Shown here piece after piece: positions 1 through 9,156 of a DNA stretch of 64,000 bases. Positions within the stretch are counted from its first letter, which is position 1; each line of letters starts with the position of its first letter. Source of the stretch: a bacterium. GTDB taxonomy: Bacteria > Fidelibacterota > Marinisomatia > Marinisomatales > TCS55. The notes beneath the pieces are model-generated. The model did no database searches. It had not been told where the DNA came from and was given only the letters and a program-made list of their open reading frames with translations. The translations under genes were made by a program, and so were the position numbers. Where the stretch lies: contig SGYN01000008.1 of NCBI GenBank assembly GCA_004321715.1, positions 3,940 through 67,939 of the forward strand, written 5' to 3'.

Positions 1-123
<123 letters not shown>

Positions 124-218
124 TTAATCACCTTCTCAAAAAGCTGGCGAATTTACTATTGAGTACATTGAAAACCAAAGAAATGGAATATATTTTAAAA
201 ATAGTAATAATTACGGTA

Positions 219-929
219 TTAATCATTTAAAGATCTCTGGACTTTATTTAATTCTCTTTTATTTAACTCCCGATACTTTCCTAATGGCAAATTTCCTAAT
301 TCTAGATCACCATATTTGACTCTATTTAAACTAAATAGCTTTCTATTAATTTTGTTAAATAATCTTCTTATTTCTCTATTTTTACCATGATGTAATTGTA
401 AGGTAACTAATATTCTACTTTTAACCTTTTTTTGACTAATAATTTTTGCTTTCGCCCATTGATTATATCCAATAAAGATTCCCTTTTTTATGTTTGAAAT
501 TAATTTAGCATCAAGTATCATATCTATTTCAGCTTTATAAATTTTAGGAATAAGATTTTTAGGATGCATAAGTTTATTAGCTAAATCTCCATTATTTGTC
601 ATTAACAATAAACCAGTTGTGTTTTTATCTAATCTACCAACTGGAAAAAGTCTCATTTCTTTTGGAAAATAATCAGCCACAACTGGTCTATTTCTTGGAT
701 CATCCATACTTGTAATTATACCTAATGGTTTATTAAACATAATAACTATATGGTTATGATTAATTTTAATATTTTTACCATCATATCTAACAATATCATT
801 TTCATTTACGTGAAATGCTGGATCTGTTATTACTATATTATTAACAGTGGTGGTAGCAGCCTTTATTAAATCGTCTGCCATCCTTCTAGATGATACTCCC
901 GATAGCGCTAAATATTTATTTAAACGCAT
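219..929 (-). CDS. pseudouridine synthase, RsuA/RluB/RluF family (S4 domain + catalytic domain)
   Basis: N-terminal S4-like MRLNKYLALSGVSSRR and the catalytic motif PVGRLDKNTTGLLLMTNNGDLANKL. Confidence 0.85.
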   Translation of the reverse strand: MRLNKYLALSGVSSRRMADDLIKAATTTVNNIVITDPAFHVNENDIVRYDGKNIKINHNHIVIMFNKPLGIITSMDDPRNRPVVADYFPKEMRLFPVGRLDKNTTGLLLMTNNGDLANKLMHPKNLIPKIYKAEIDMILDAKLISNIKKGIFIGYNQWAKAKIISQKKVKSRILVTLQLHHGKNREIRRLFNKINRKLFSLNRVKYGDLELGNLPLGKYRELNKRELNKVQRSLND

Positions 930-937
930 TAATTATT

Positions 938-1570
938 TTATGAAGGCAATAAATTAGGTGCAGAATCATTTTCAATTGATAGGTCAGGATTATCTGGTTG
1001 ATTTAATTGTAAACTATCTAATTTCATTTTTTTTAGCATGTCTTGATCGGTTAATTCTGCAACTTCCTTAATCTTTGGCAAATCAGAAATACGATTAAGA
1101 CCAAAGTTTTGTAAAAAGTCATTTGTAGTTGAATATAATAGTGGACGTCCAGGTGAATCATCACGCCCTTTAATTTTTATCAAGTTTTTTGATAGTAAAT
1201 TTCTAATTACACCACTACAATCAACACCACGGATTGATTCTACGTTAAATCGATTTATTGGTTGTTTGTATGCTACGATTGCAAGTGTTTCAATTGCAGC
1301 TGTGGATAATGTTAATTTTCCAGATTTATCAAACATTCTTTTAATCCATTTATTATATTTAGGAAGAGTAGTGATTTGGTAACCGCCAGCAATGTTTTGA
1401 ATGATATATGATCTCTTATTCTTTTCATAATGCTCATTAAGTTTTTTAATAACATCCTCTAAATTTGGCGCATCGTTTTGAAAAATTAAATTCACTCTTG
1501 TTTGTGTAAGAGGCTCAGGAGCAGCAAAAAGAAGGGCTTCAAGTATTTGTAATTTTTCAGATAGTTTCAT
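938..1570 (-). CDS. scpB: segregation and condensation protein B
   Basis: LEALLFAAPEPLT N-terminal motif, about 200 aa, immediately downstream of scpA. Confidence 0.85.
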   Translation of the reverse strand: MKLSEKLQILEALLFAAPEPLTQTRVNLIFQNDAPNLEDVIKKLNEHYEKNKRSYIIQNIAGGYQITTLPKYNKWIKRMFDKSGKLTLSTAAIETLAIVAYKQPINRFNVESIRGVDCSGVIRNLLSKNLIKIKGRDDSPGRPLLYSTTNDFLQNFGLNRISDLPKIKEVAELTDQDMLKKMKLDSLQLNQPDNPDLSIENDSAPNLLPS

Positions 1571-1575
1571 TGCAT

Positions 1576-2298
1576 CTAAGCTTCTGCTTCAATTTTTTGC
1601 ATTTCCATTTCACCAAAAACTTTATTTTGAATAACAATTATTTTCCGCATTCTAACTAATTCAAGTATAGCTAAAAACGTTACAACAACTTCAATCTTTG
1701 ATGCTAATTTATTTAATAAAGAAGAAAAATTCAGCGCACCTTGCATATCAAAAGACTGTAATATCATTGCTTTTTGAGCATCTAAATTAACCTCTTCTTT
1801 ATGAAGCTCATATGGATGAATAACTGGCATATTTTCCATTGCATTTTTAAAAATACGCGCTATCTCAAAAATTGTAACATCTTTTAAATGTTCACTTATA
1901 TTTTCTTGATATTCAGGAGATTTCATCTTCATACCACGTGGATAATAATGACTCCTTTGATCAGCTAGTTGTTTTAAATCAAAAGACATTTCTTTAAATC
2001 GCTGATACTCAATCAACTGTTGGACTAATTCTATTCTGGGATCAGACTCCTCATCTAAATCAATAAGTTCAGGCTTAGGTAAAAGCATTTTTGCTTTTAT
2101 TCTCATTAAAGTAGCAGCCATCAATATAAATTCACCAGCGATATTTAAATTCAAATTTTCTAACATTTCCAAAGTATCCATATATTCTTTTGTAATGGAA
2201 GAAATTGGGATATCATATATATCAATTTTATCTCGACGTATAAAATATAATAATAAGTCAAGGGGGCCACTAAAATTCTCTAGTTTTACTTTATACAT
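1576..2298 (-). CDS. scpA: segregation and condensation protein A (kleisin)
   Basis: FSGPLDLLLYFIRRDKIDIYDIPI N-terminal ScpA motif. Its start abuts the trpS stop (2298/2299). Confidence 0.85.
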   Translation of the reverse strand: MYKVKLENFSGPLDLLLYFIRRDKIDIYDIPISSITKEYMDTLEMLENLNLNIAGEFILMAATLMRIKAKMLLPKPELIDLDEESDPRIELVQQLIEYQRFKEMSFDLKQLADQRSHYYPRGMKMKSPEYQENISEHLKDVTIFEIARIFKNAMENMPVIHPYELHKEEVNLDAQKAMILQSFDMQGALNFSSLLNKLASKIEVVVTFLAILELVRMRKIIVIQNKVFGEMEMQKIEAEA

Positions 2299-3273
2299 TT
2301 ATCTTAAATGATAATTTAATCCAGTAGCGGTTCTTACTTTATCAATAATTGTATCTGCGACGGAAGTTGCTTTTTCTGAACCAATTATTAACTGACTTAC
2401 AACATCATCTAAGTTTTTAGACAAATATTCTCTTCGGTCTCTAAAAGGACGAAAATACTCCATAACGATATCAAATAAATCTGATTTTACTTTACCATAT
2501 TGTAAACCTGGACTAAGAAATTTATTCTGTAATAATATTTTATCTTTATCACTAAGGAATAGTGCAAACAATCTATATAAAGGGGAGTTTAAATCCTTAG
2601 GTTGGTCAACCGGGGTAGAGTCAGTCACTATAGACATAATTTGTTTTTTGATGAAGGTTTCATCACCAAAAATTGGAATAATATTGTTGTATGATTTACT
2701 CATTTTTTGTCCATCTATCCCAGGTACTAATTGGGTATCTTTATCTATATCTTCTTCTGGGACAACCAATATATCTCCATATATATTATTAAATTTTATA
2801 GCTATATCGCGGGCAATCTCTAAATGCTGTTTTTGGTCCTTCCCAACAGGAACAATATCACTTTCAAAACATAAAATATCTGATGCCATGAGCAAAGGAT
2901 AATTAAATAAACCCATATTAGGCATAAAGCCTTTTGAAATTTTATCTTTATATGAGGTAGAACGTTCGATTAATCCAACATTTGTAACATTTGATATAAT
3001 CCATGTGAACTCTGTAACTTGCGGGACATCAGCCTGGATCCAAAAAGTAGATTTTTTAGGATCCAAACCTAAGGCAAGAAAATCTAAAGCGGCATTAACT
3101 GTATTATTTCTTAAAACTTCCGGATTATTTATTGTTGTTAAAGCGTGGTAATTTACAATACAAGTAAATAGTTCATTTTCCTCTTGGTACTTAATCATTC
3201 TATTCATCATACCAAAATAATTCCCAATATGCAGTGATCCAGAAGGCTGTATGCCACTTAAAACTCTTTTCAA
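2299..3273 (-). CDS. trpS: tryptophan--tRNA ligase
   Basis: Class I aaRS motifs GIQPSGSLHIGNY (HIGH-type) and QKMSKS (KMSKS). The 324-aa size is typical of TrpS. Confidence 0.95.
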   Translation of the reverse strand: MKRVLSGIQPSGSLHIGNYFGMMNRMIKYQEENELFTCIVNYHALTTINNPEVLRNNTVNAALDFLALGLDPKKSTFWIQADVPQVTEFTWIISNVTNVGLIERSTSYKDKISKGFMPNMGLFNYPLLMASDILCFESDIVPVGKDQKQHLEIARDIAIKFNNIYGDILVVPEEDIDKDTQLVPGIDGQKMSKSYNNIIPIFGDETFIKKQIMSIVTDSTPVDQPKDLNSPLYRLFALFLSDKDKILLQNKFLSPGLQYGKVKSDLFDIVMEYFRPFRDRREYLSKNLDDVVSQLIIGSEKATSVADTIIDKVRTATGLNYHLR

Positions 3274-3282
3274 ATAATTACC

Positions 3283-3822
3283 TCAAAATGCTTCTAAAAA
3301 TAAATAAGGTTTCCAATTTCGTTGAGACTCTTTAATAAATTGCTGAAAATAATGAATTCTATTAGGTTTTTTTGGATATTTTAATAATGGCATTCTAGCT
3401 TCTTCTGGGGTCCTATTACCTTTTTTCCTATTACAATCTTGGCAAGCAGTTATAAGGTTATCCCAAGAATCATAACCACCTCTTTCCTTAGGAATAATAT
3501 GATCAATAGTTAATATATTTGATTTACTCGCGCAATACTGACATTGTTGTTTGTCTCTTAATAAAATGTTCTTTCTGCTCAATACAACATTCATACTATT
3601 ATAATTAACATAATCTTTTACTTTAACAATGCTTGGTAGTTGTAAAGCCCTAGTTGGGGAATGGATACTATCATCATAGGATTCAATAACATCAACTTTA
3701 TCAAGGAAAAATAAACATATAGCTCTTTTCGATGTTGTAATTGTCATTGGAGCATAATTAGAATTTAATACTAGAACAGCTCGGCTAAGTAATGAACGTT
3801 CTTTAGTAGCAAAATTATTCAT
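3283..3822 (-). CDS. HNH endonuclease family protein (small stand-alone type)
   Basis: CQYCASKSNILTIDHIIPKERGGYDSWDNLITACQDCNRKKGN is a Cys4 + HNH motif. Its start overlaps the upstream stop by 1 nt. Confidence 0.8.
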   Translation of the reverse strand: MNNFATKERSLLSRAVLVLNSNYAPMTITTSKRAICLFFLDKVDVIESYDDSIHSPTRALQLPSIVKVKDYVNYNSMNVVLSRKNILLRDKQQCQYCASKSNILTIDHIIPKERGGYDSWDNLITACQDCNRKKGNRTPEEARMPLLKYPKKPNRIHYFQQFIKESQRNWKPYLFLEAF

Positions 3823-4607
3823 TAACCTAAAATTTCCTTCATTGATACTGAAAAAATGTATTTTGAGTCCAAATTTTGATTATAATTTGGCGACTTCTTA
3901 TCAAAACTTTCTTGTTTGACCCAACCTTGAGAGTGTAAATAGTATCCACCCTGCTCTGCAAGAGCAACATGAGAAATCTTATTTTTACTATTAAAGAAAT
4001 GTAAATCACATTCCTGTACTTCATCTCGATTTATTTTATATTTTTCTAATAATTCAGCTTGTTGGAAAGAATCCCTGGGCAGTTCAATATTAAAAGTATA
4101 AAAAACGGACTGAATAAATCCTGAACAATCAAAACCATGCGGAGATTTTCCTCCCCAAAGATAGGGAGTGCCCAAAAAAGATCTTGCTAAACGAAGAATG
4201 CTTTTTCTAGATGGCTTATCAGTCATATTACCCAATAAAGTATCGGTCCAACCTTTTTCTCCATCTGGTAGTATCAAATCAAAACCTCCATTTTTTGCTT
4301 TTCCAATAAGCTTATTACCAAAAGTAAGGTCCCTGATAATATTATTACCATTTCGTTGAATCACTACCCCATCCATCTCAAACACGGTTAGTTTACAATC
4401 ATATTTTTTTTCCGAAAAAACACCCTGGTCTTTATTAATCCAACCCTCATAATTGTCCCACTGCTGAATTCTAACCCAAGTATCACTTTCACCTAAAACT
4501 ATGCAAGACTCACCTAATAACCCTTGCGTAACTAGCTGTGATTTAAAATCAGGTTCATAGTATATGTTTGCAACAGATACATTTATTGTAAAATAATTTG
4601 TCTTCAT
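3822..4607 (-). CDS. NlpC/P60 (C40) cell-wall peptidase with N-terminal SH3b-like domain
   Basis: GTPYLWGGKSPHGFDCSGFIQSVF holds the catalytic Cys motif, with the downstream His in ISHVALA. Confidence 0.8.
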   Translation of the reverse strand: MKTNYFTINVSVANIYYEPDFKSQLVTQGLLGESCIVLGESDTWVRIQQWDNYEGWINKDQGVFSEKKYDCKLTVFEMDGVVIQRNGNNIIRDLTFGNKLIGKAKNGGFDLILPDGEKGWTDTLLGNMTDKPSRKSILRLARSFLGTPYLWGGKSPHGFDCSGFIQSVFYTFNIELPRDSFQQAELLEKYKINRDEVQECDLHFFNSKNKISHVALAEQGGYYLHSQGWVKQESFDKKSPNYNQNLDSKYIFSVSMKEILG

Positions 4608-4740
4608 GGTTATTAAAATGAAATATTTAATGAGGAATTTATTCTACATAGTTTCTATTTAACAAGAATTCCATAAAAAATAATAAAATAGCTGTTTGAT
4701 TATTAATGTAAAAATTTTAATCTTTAACGATCAATCAGAA

Positions 4741-4887
4741 AGACTTATTTAGGGAAGGCCGTGTAATTCAGCCACAGTTCCCGCTACTGTAATTACTTGA
4801 GATCAATTTATTATGCCATTGTCTTTTATAGATGAGAAGGAAAATTGAATCTAATCCAAGTATAAGTCAGGATATCTAAATAAATCT
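4741..4887 (+). promoter_or_regulatory. cobalamin (B12) riboswitch
   Basis: Conserved core AGGGAAGGCCGTGTAATTCAGCCACAGTTCCCGCTACTGTAA (4750-4791). GCCATTG...GAGAAGG element at 4815-4840. B12-box-like AAGTCAGGATATCT at 4864-4877. P1 closing helix AGACTTATTTAG (4741-4752) pairs with CTAAATAAATCT (4876-4887) with one mismatch. It lies 78 nt upstream of the ATG at 4965. Confidence 0.7.
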
Positions 4888-4964
4888 TCGTGTTTAATTT
4901 ACTTTCGGGATAAAAGTAGTTTTATAGACTAAATATTTATCCCCTAACTTTTAAAAAAAGGAAA

Positions 4965-5960
4965 ATGATGAAAAGCAAATTTATATTTATGTTATTTTTA
5001 TTTATTGCTTGTGAAAATAATACAGGAGTAGATAATGACGAAAAATTAACTTTTATAGCTTCAGAGGGTAACTTTGGAAGAAGCAATGCTTCAATTACAG
5101 TTTTTCAAGGGCCTAATCAGATACAAAAAGTTTCAAATATAGGAGACGTGATCCAATCAATTATGGTTTATGATGATAAATTATTTGTGTTAATTAATAA
5201 TAGCCATTTAATAAAAATATATTCTATCACATCCACAGGATTAAGTCTACCTGGAATAGAAATTAGTACTCAAAATTCTGGACCAAGAGAAATGACAATC
5301 GTTAATGACTTGTTGTATTTTACTAATTGGAATAGTAATGATATTAAAGTATTAAATTTAGAAACTTATTTTATTGAAGACTCAATCAAAGTAAATGGAA
5401 TGCCTGAAGGTATTGTTTCTGATGGTACACATCTATGGGTTGCAATAAGCTCAGGGAACACCGTAGAGAAAATAAGTATTAATTCAAAACAGATTGTAGA
5501 GACACTTCAAGTAGGCAATGGCCCTCAGCAAATGCTAATAGAAGGCAGTTCATTATGGATATCAAGAACATATTATAGTCCTGATTGGACAGAAACTTAT
5601 TATGGTACGAGTCAGATAGATCTTCTTTCAGGGTCTATTCAAATAAAAGAATATGATACTGGGGTTGTATGCGGTGGAGATATGATGAAAATTAATGAAC
5701 AAGCATATAGGACTTTTGAAGGTGGGGTTGCGCGAATGAAATCGGACCTTACAATTAATAGAACTTCAAAAATTGGATCATATAATACAAATAGTCTTTA
5801 TTCTGCAGATGCCCATAGTAATTATATTTTTATGGGAACTACAAGCGATTTTAATGATCCAGATACTGTATATGTTCATAATAATTCAGGCGAGTATAGT
5901 TTTACTTATATTGTAGATGCATGTCCTGGAGATTATGCGGTTTGGGAAATTTCAAATTAA
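4965..5960 (+). CDS. surface lipoprotein, YncE/BtuG-like beta-propeller (candidate corrinoid-binding protein)
   Basis: Lipoprotein signal MMKSKFIFMLFLFIAC. ASEGNFGRSNASITVF resembles the NEGNFG..NASL opening motif of BtuG-type (DUF5074-like) propellers, recalled from memory. Repeated blade-like segments follow. It is directly preceded by the B12 riboswitch. Confidence 0.65.
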   Translation: MMKSKFIFMLFLFIACENNTGVDNDEKLTFIASEGNFGRSNASITVFQGPNQIQKVSNIGDVIQSIMVYDDKLFVLINNSHLIKIYSITSTGLSLPGIEISTQNSGPREMTIVNDLLYFTNWNSNDIKVLNLETYFIEDSIKVNGMPEGIVSDGTHLWVAISSGNTVEKISINSKQIVETLQVGNGPQQMLIEGSSLWISRTYYSPDWTETYYGTSQIDLLSGSIQIKEYDTGVVCGGDMMKINEQAYRTFEGGVARMKSDLTINRTSKIGSYNTNSLYSADAHSNYIFMGTTSDFNDPDTVYVHNNSGEYSFTYIVDACPGDYAVWEISN

Positions 5961-7600
5961 TCTGAGAAATGCCAATCAATATGGATTTCCATGAGTCTAC
6001 CCATGCTTCGATTATTTTGATGTAGTAGATAATTATTTACGATCATAGTTTCTTCTTCATTAATACCATCAATTTTTGATTGTAATACACTTAAAATATT
6101 ATTCAGTTTCCATGAAACCTTTAAAGATGAAACTTTTAAAGAAATCGTGGATTTTAAGTTCCATTGATCCTTTAATATAAAATCTGAATCTTCAATCAAA
6201 ATTGGAGTACAATAGAATGGGTTAAAACTAATTTCAGAATTACGATTTATCCATCCAATTATTCCTAAATCAAAAAATATTATCATATTATTATTAAATA
6301 AATTTTCATTTCCATATAAACTGAGTTCTATAAGGTCTCCAACGCCATCAGTTAGAACATTTATATTTGTTAAATGACGAGAAAAAGCTGATAAAGTCCA
6401 ATTATCAGAAATAGTGAAATTTAAATTAATATCGAACCCTAATATCTCTAGTTTATCATTATAATTTTGTAGAATATTTTGTGAAAATATATTTGTCATA
6501 ATATCGAATCTTGATAAAGAATATCGTGTATTTAAGCCAAAATAATTAGTTATTACAGAATGTGGATTAATGTTATTTGATGGCATAAATGCATGACTGG
6601 GTTTTATTTCTCTACTACCTTCAAAATAAATGCCTTTATCTTTTTTACCTAAATGAAATAATAACCTTAGAAAGTAATTATGCTCGTTATTAATAGAAGA
6701 AAGTCCTCCTTTAATATTGAAGTTTTTTATAGATATATCTGAGTATATATCGCCCCATTCTGTTGAAGAAAAAGAATTAATATCAGAAAGTCCTCTACGA
6801 TTAACTAAAAACCCAAAACCAATCGTAATTGAGTCCTTAATTACATTAACAATTTTTGCTTCTATCGCTGATCTAGTAAGATGTTGAATTGAAGGCTTTT
6901 TCCATGATGAATGATCAACTTCATATTTCTGATTAAATTGATATCCATGAAAGGCCCAAGTCCAGTTACCTATAAATCCATTCGTTAGTATGGTTGCATT
7001 TAAAATTTTATCATATAAGGATCCATTTAAACTACTATCAGGTAATCCACTTGAAGTTAGAAAATGACCTATTGCAGCTTGAAAATTAGTTGTGTTGTAT
7101 TCAATACTATATGATTGCTGAATTGGCTTTATTATACCCAAGCTATAATCAGCATAAGGACCAGTATATCTTTTTTTAAAACCATTCATAGTAAATAATC
7201 CTATTTTATCTGCATACTTTGTACTGATTGATAACATATCAAGGTAATAATCACCTTGAGTATATTGAATACGAGTGTTTGTAAAAGCTGAATCCAATTC
7301 AACAACTTTATTCATTGGCACACTATTATTATTTAAATGATATTCTTTATTAATGTCTAATCCATAACGATTAGGGTAATTTGAAAATGTTCCATCAAAA
7401 AAAAGTATTCCATGCTTCCAATCATCATTCCAAATAACACGTCCATTTTTAGATATAACTCCAAAATGATTAGTCCAATCAAATGGGTAATTAATAAATT
7501 CATTTGCGAAGATAAGTGTAAAAAAAAGATAGCAAAAAAATAGGATTTTTTTCAAAATACGCCTTATTATAAATAAATTAAAACTTGTTTTACAAAGCAA
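5957..7600 (-). CDS. hypothetical outer-membrane beta-barrel-like protein (porin-like), TTG start
   Basis: N-terminal hydrophobic signal (ILFFCYLFFTLIFANEF). Aromatic/Asn/Ser-rich alternating sequence throughout. I recognise no catalytic motifs. There is no in-frame ATG near the 5' end, so the TTG at 7600 is assumed. Confidence 0.5.
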   Translation of the reverse strand: MLCKTSFNLFIIRRILKKILFFCYLFFTLIFANEFINYPFDWTNHFGVISKNGRVIWNDDWKHGILFFDGTFSNYPNRYGLDINKEYHLNNNSVPMNKVVELDSAFTNTRIQYTQGDYYLDMLSISTKYADKIGLFTMNGFKKRYTGPYADYSLGIIKPIQQSYSIEYNTTNFQAAIGHFLTSSGLPDSSLNGSLYDKILNATILTNGFIGNWTWAFHGYQFNQKYEVDHSSWKKPSIQHLTRSAIEAKIVNVIKDSITIGFGFLVNRRGLSDINSFSSTEWGDIYSDISIKNFNIKGGLSSINNEHNYFLRLLFHLGKKDKGIYFEGSREIKPSHAFMPSNNINPHSVITNYFGLNTRYSLSRFDIMTNIFSQNILQNYNDKLEILGFDINLNFTISDNWTLSAFSRHLTNINVLTDGVGDLIELSLYGNENLFNNNMIIFFDLGIIGWINRNSEISFNPFYCTPILIEDSDFILKDQWNLKSTISLKVSSLKVSWKLNNILSVLQSKIDGINEEETMIVNNYLLHQNNRSMGRLMEIHIDWHFSD

Positions 7601-7630
7601 ATGGAAAGATAAATATAAGATTGATAAAAT

Positions 7631-8614
7631 TTATTTTGAATCATCACTCCCTTTGAAGAGTGAAGTTCTAAAAATATTATGAGTATCAGTCCATCTGCCG
7701 CTATCACTACTTTCATCAATAGCCAACATAAATAAATTCATTTTTGAATCAATATTTTTAATAAGATGTAATAGCAATGATTCGGGTGTCTTAGGTTTCA
7801 TCTTATTATCCCATTCATATTTACTATATTCTGAAATTATAAGATGCTCGAGCCTAGTTAGAGCTTTTTGTGGAAAATTTTTTATTTTTTTTGAGGTTGA
7901 TCTAACGATATCTCTTCCTAGAATTACATGTCCAATAAATTTGCCTTCATCCGTATAATTTGCTTCAAGATCAGAAGAAATTTCAACAAGTTTTCCAATG
8001 TCATGAAGAAAAATACCAGAAAGTAATAGATCTCGATCTACCTTATAATGTTTTATTAATTTCTCAGCAATTTCTGCCATTGATAAAATGTGTTCAATAA
8101 AACCAGAGCGATAATTATAATGAAATTTCACAGTTGCTGGGTGTATCATTATGATTTCTTTATTTTCTTTATATACCATACTCACTAATCTTCTTAAATG
8201 AGTAGAATTCATTGATCGTATTATCTTCACAATAGTTTTCCACATCTCCAATGCATTCTTTTTTGATGAAGAAACAATTAAGGATGGATCATATCCATAT
8301 CGACCATAATATTGTACAGATGCACGATTTATTTTTTTTATTATTAAATGGGGTCTATCCATAAATAATTCTATAACACCAGAAACAGCTACAGGATCAC
8401 CAGAATTAAATTTCTTTTTTAATTCATTTACATTATCCCATATTTTTGCATTTACTGATCCTGTTTTATCACGCAACCTTAAATCAAGATATAAATCACC
8501 ATTACGACTGTGTCTAATATGTTTTTCAAAACATAAAAAGAAGCCTTGGATAGAATCACCTTCTTTAAACTTATCTATTGATGTGATGGGTTTCATGGTA
8601 TATGAATTTTCCAA
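7631..8614 (-). CDS. OB-fold + HD-domain nuclease/phosphohydrolase (YhaM-like 3'-5' exoribonuclease family)
   Basis: HD motif GIFLHDIGK, a second His cluster GHVILG, and an N-terminal OB-fold-like region (DLYLDLRLRDKTGSVNAKIWD). Confidence 0.7.
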   Translation of the reverse strand: MENSYTMKPITSIDKFKEGDSIQGFFLCFEKHIRHSRNGDLYLDLRLRDKTGSVNAKIWDNVNELKKKFNSGDPVAVSGVIELFMDRPHLIIKKINRASVQYYGRYGYDPSLIVSSSKKNALEMWKTIVKIIRSMNSTHLRRLVSMVYKENKEIIMIHPATVKFHYNYRSGFIEHILSMAEIAEKLIKHYKVDRDLLLSGIFLHDIGKLVEISSDLEANYTDEGKFIGHVILGRDIVRSTSKKIKNFPQKALTRLEHLIISEYSKYEWDNKMKPKTPESLLLHLIKNIDSKMNLFMLAIDESSDSGRWTDTHNIFRTSLFKGSDDSK

Positions 8615-8714
8615 AAAGAATATGTAAAGTCAAGAATATCAAATTTAAAATTGTTATAAAAAGAACGTATATCCAAATATGAGATAAGCTTATAAATTAA
8701 AAATAATTTTAGTT

Positions 8715-9140
8715 TTATTTACAATTACTACAAAGGCCAAATAGCTGGTGAATATGTCTAACAATTTTAAAATTATATTTTTTTGCTATTTTATCTTGTT
8801 GATTTTCAATGAGATCATCAACAAACTCTTGAATATCACCACAACTTAGGCAAACAATATGATCATGGTGACTACTATCAAGTTTGTTTTCATACCTCTT
8901 TCTACCATCTCCTAATTCTAATTGCCGAACCAAATTATTTTTTACAAGGACATCAATTGTTCTATAAACAGTAGCTCTGGATACAATTCTACCGGTCTTA
9001 TTAATATTTAAATAAATTTCTTCAGCGTCTCGATGGTCTTCATTTCGACAAATCTCATCCCAAACAAATTTTCTTTGTTTTGTATAACGCATGCCTTCAT
9101 TTTTTAATGCATCCATTAATAATTGTAAGTTTTTACTCAT
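8715..9140 (-). CDS. Fur-family metalloregulator (Fur/Zur/PerR type not resolvable)
   Basis: Winged-helix N-terminal half, HHDHIVCLSCG and C-terminal CSNC metal sites, 141 aa. Confidence 0.85.
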   Translation of the reverse strand: MSKNLQLLMDALKNEGMRYTKQRKFVWDEICRNEDHRDAEEIYLNINKTGRIVSRATVYRTIDVLVKNNLVRQLELGDGRKRYENKLDSSHHDHIVCLSCGDIQEFVDDLIENQQDKIAKKYNFKIVRHIHQLFGLCSNCK

Positions 9141-9156
9141 AAACTTTTATTAATTA

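Noticed and set aside
3283-3822. HNH endonuclease as part of a restriction or defence system
   Set aside because: It is a small stand-alone HNH protein translationally coupled to a cell-wall peptidase, within a housekeeping block. No methyltransferase, helicase, ATPase or other defence partner is adjacent.
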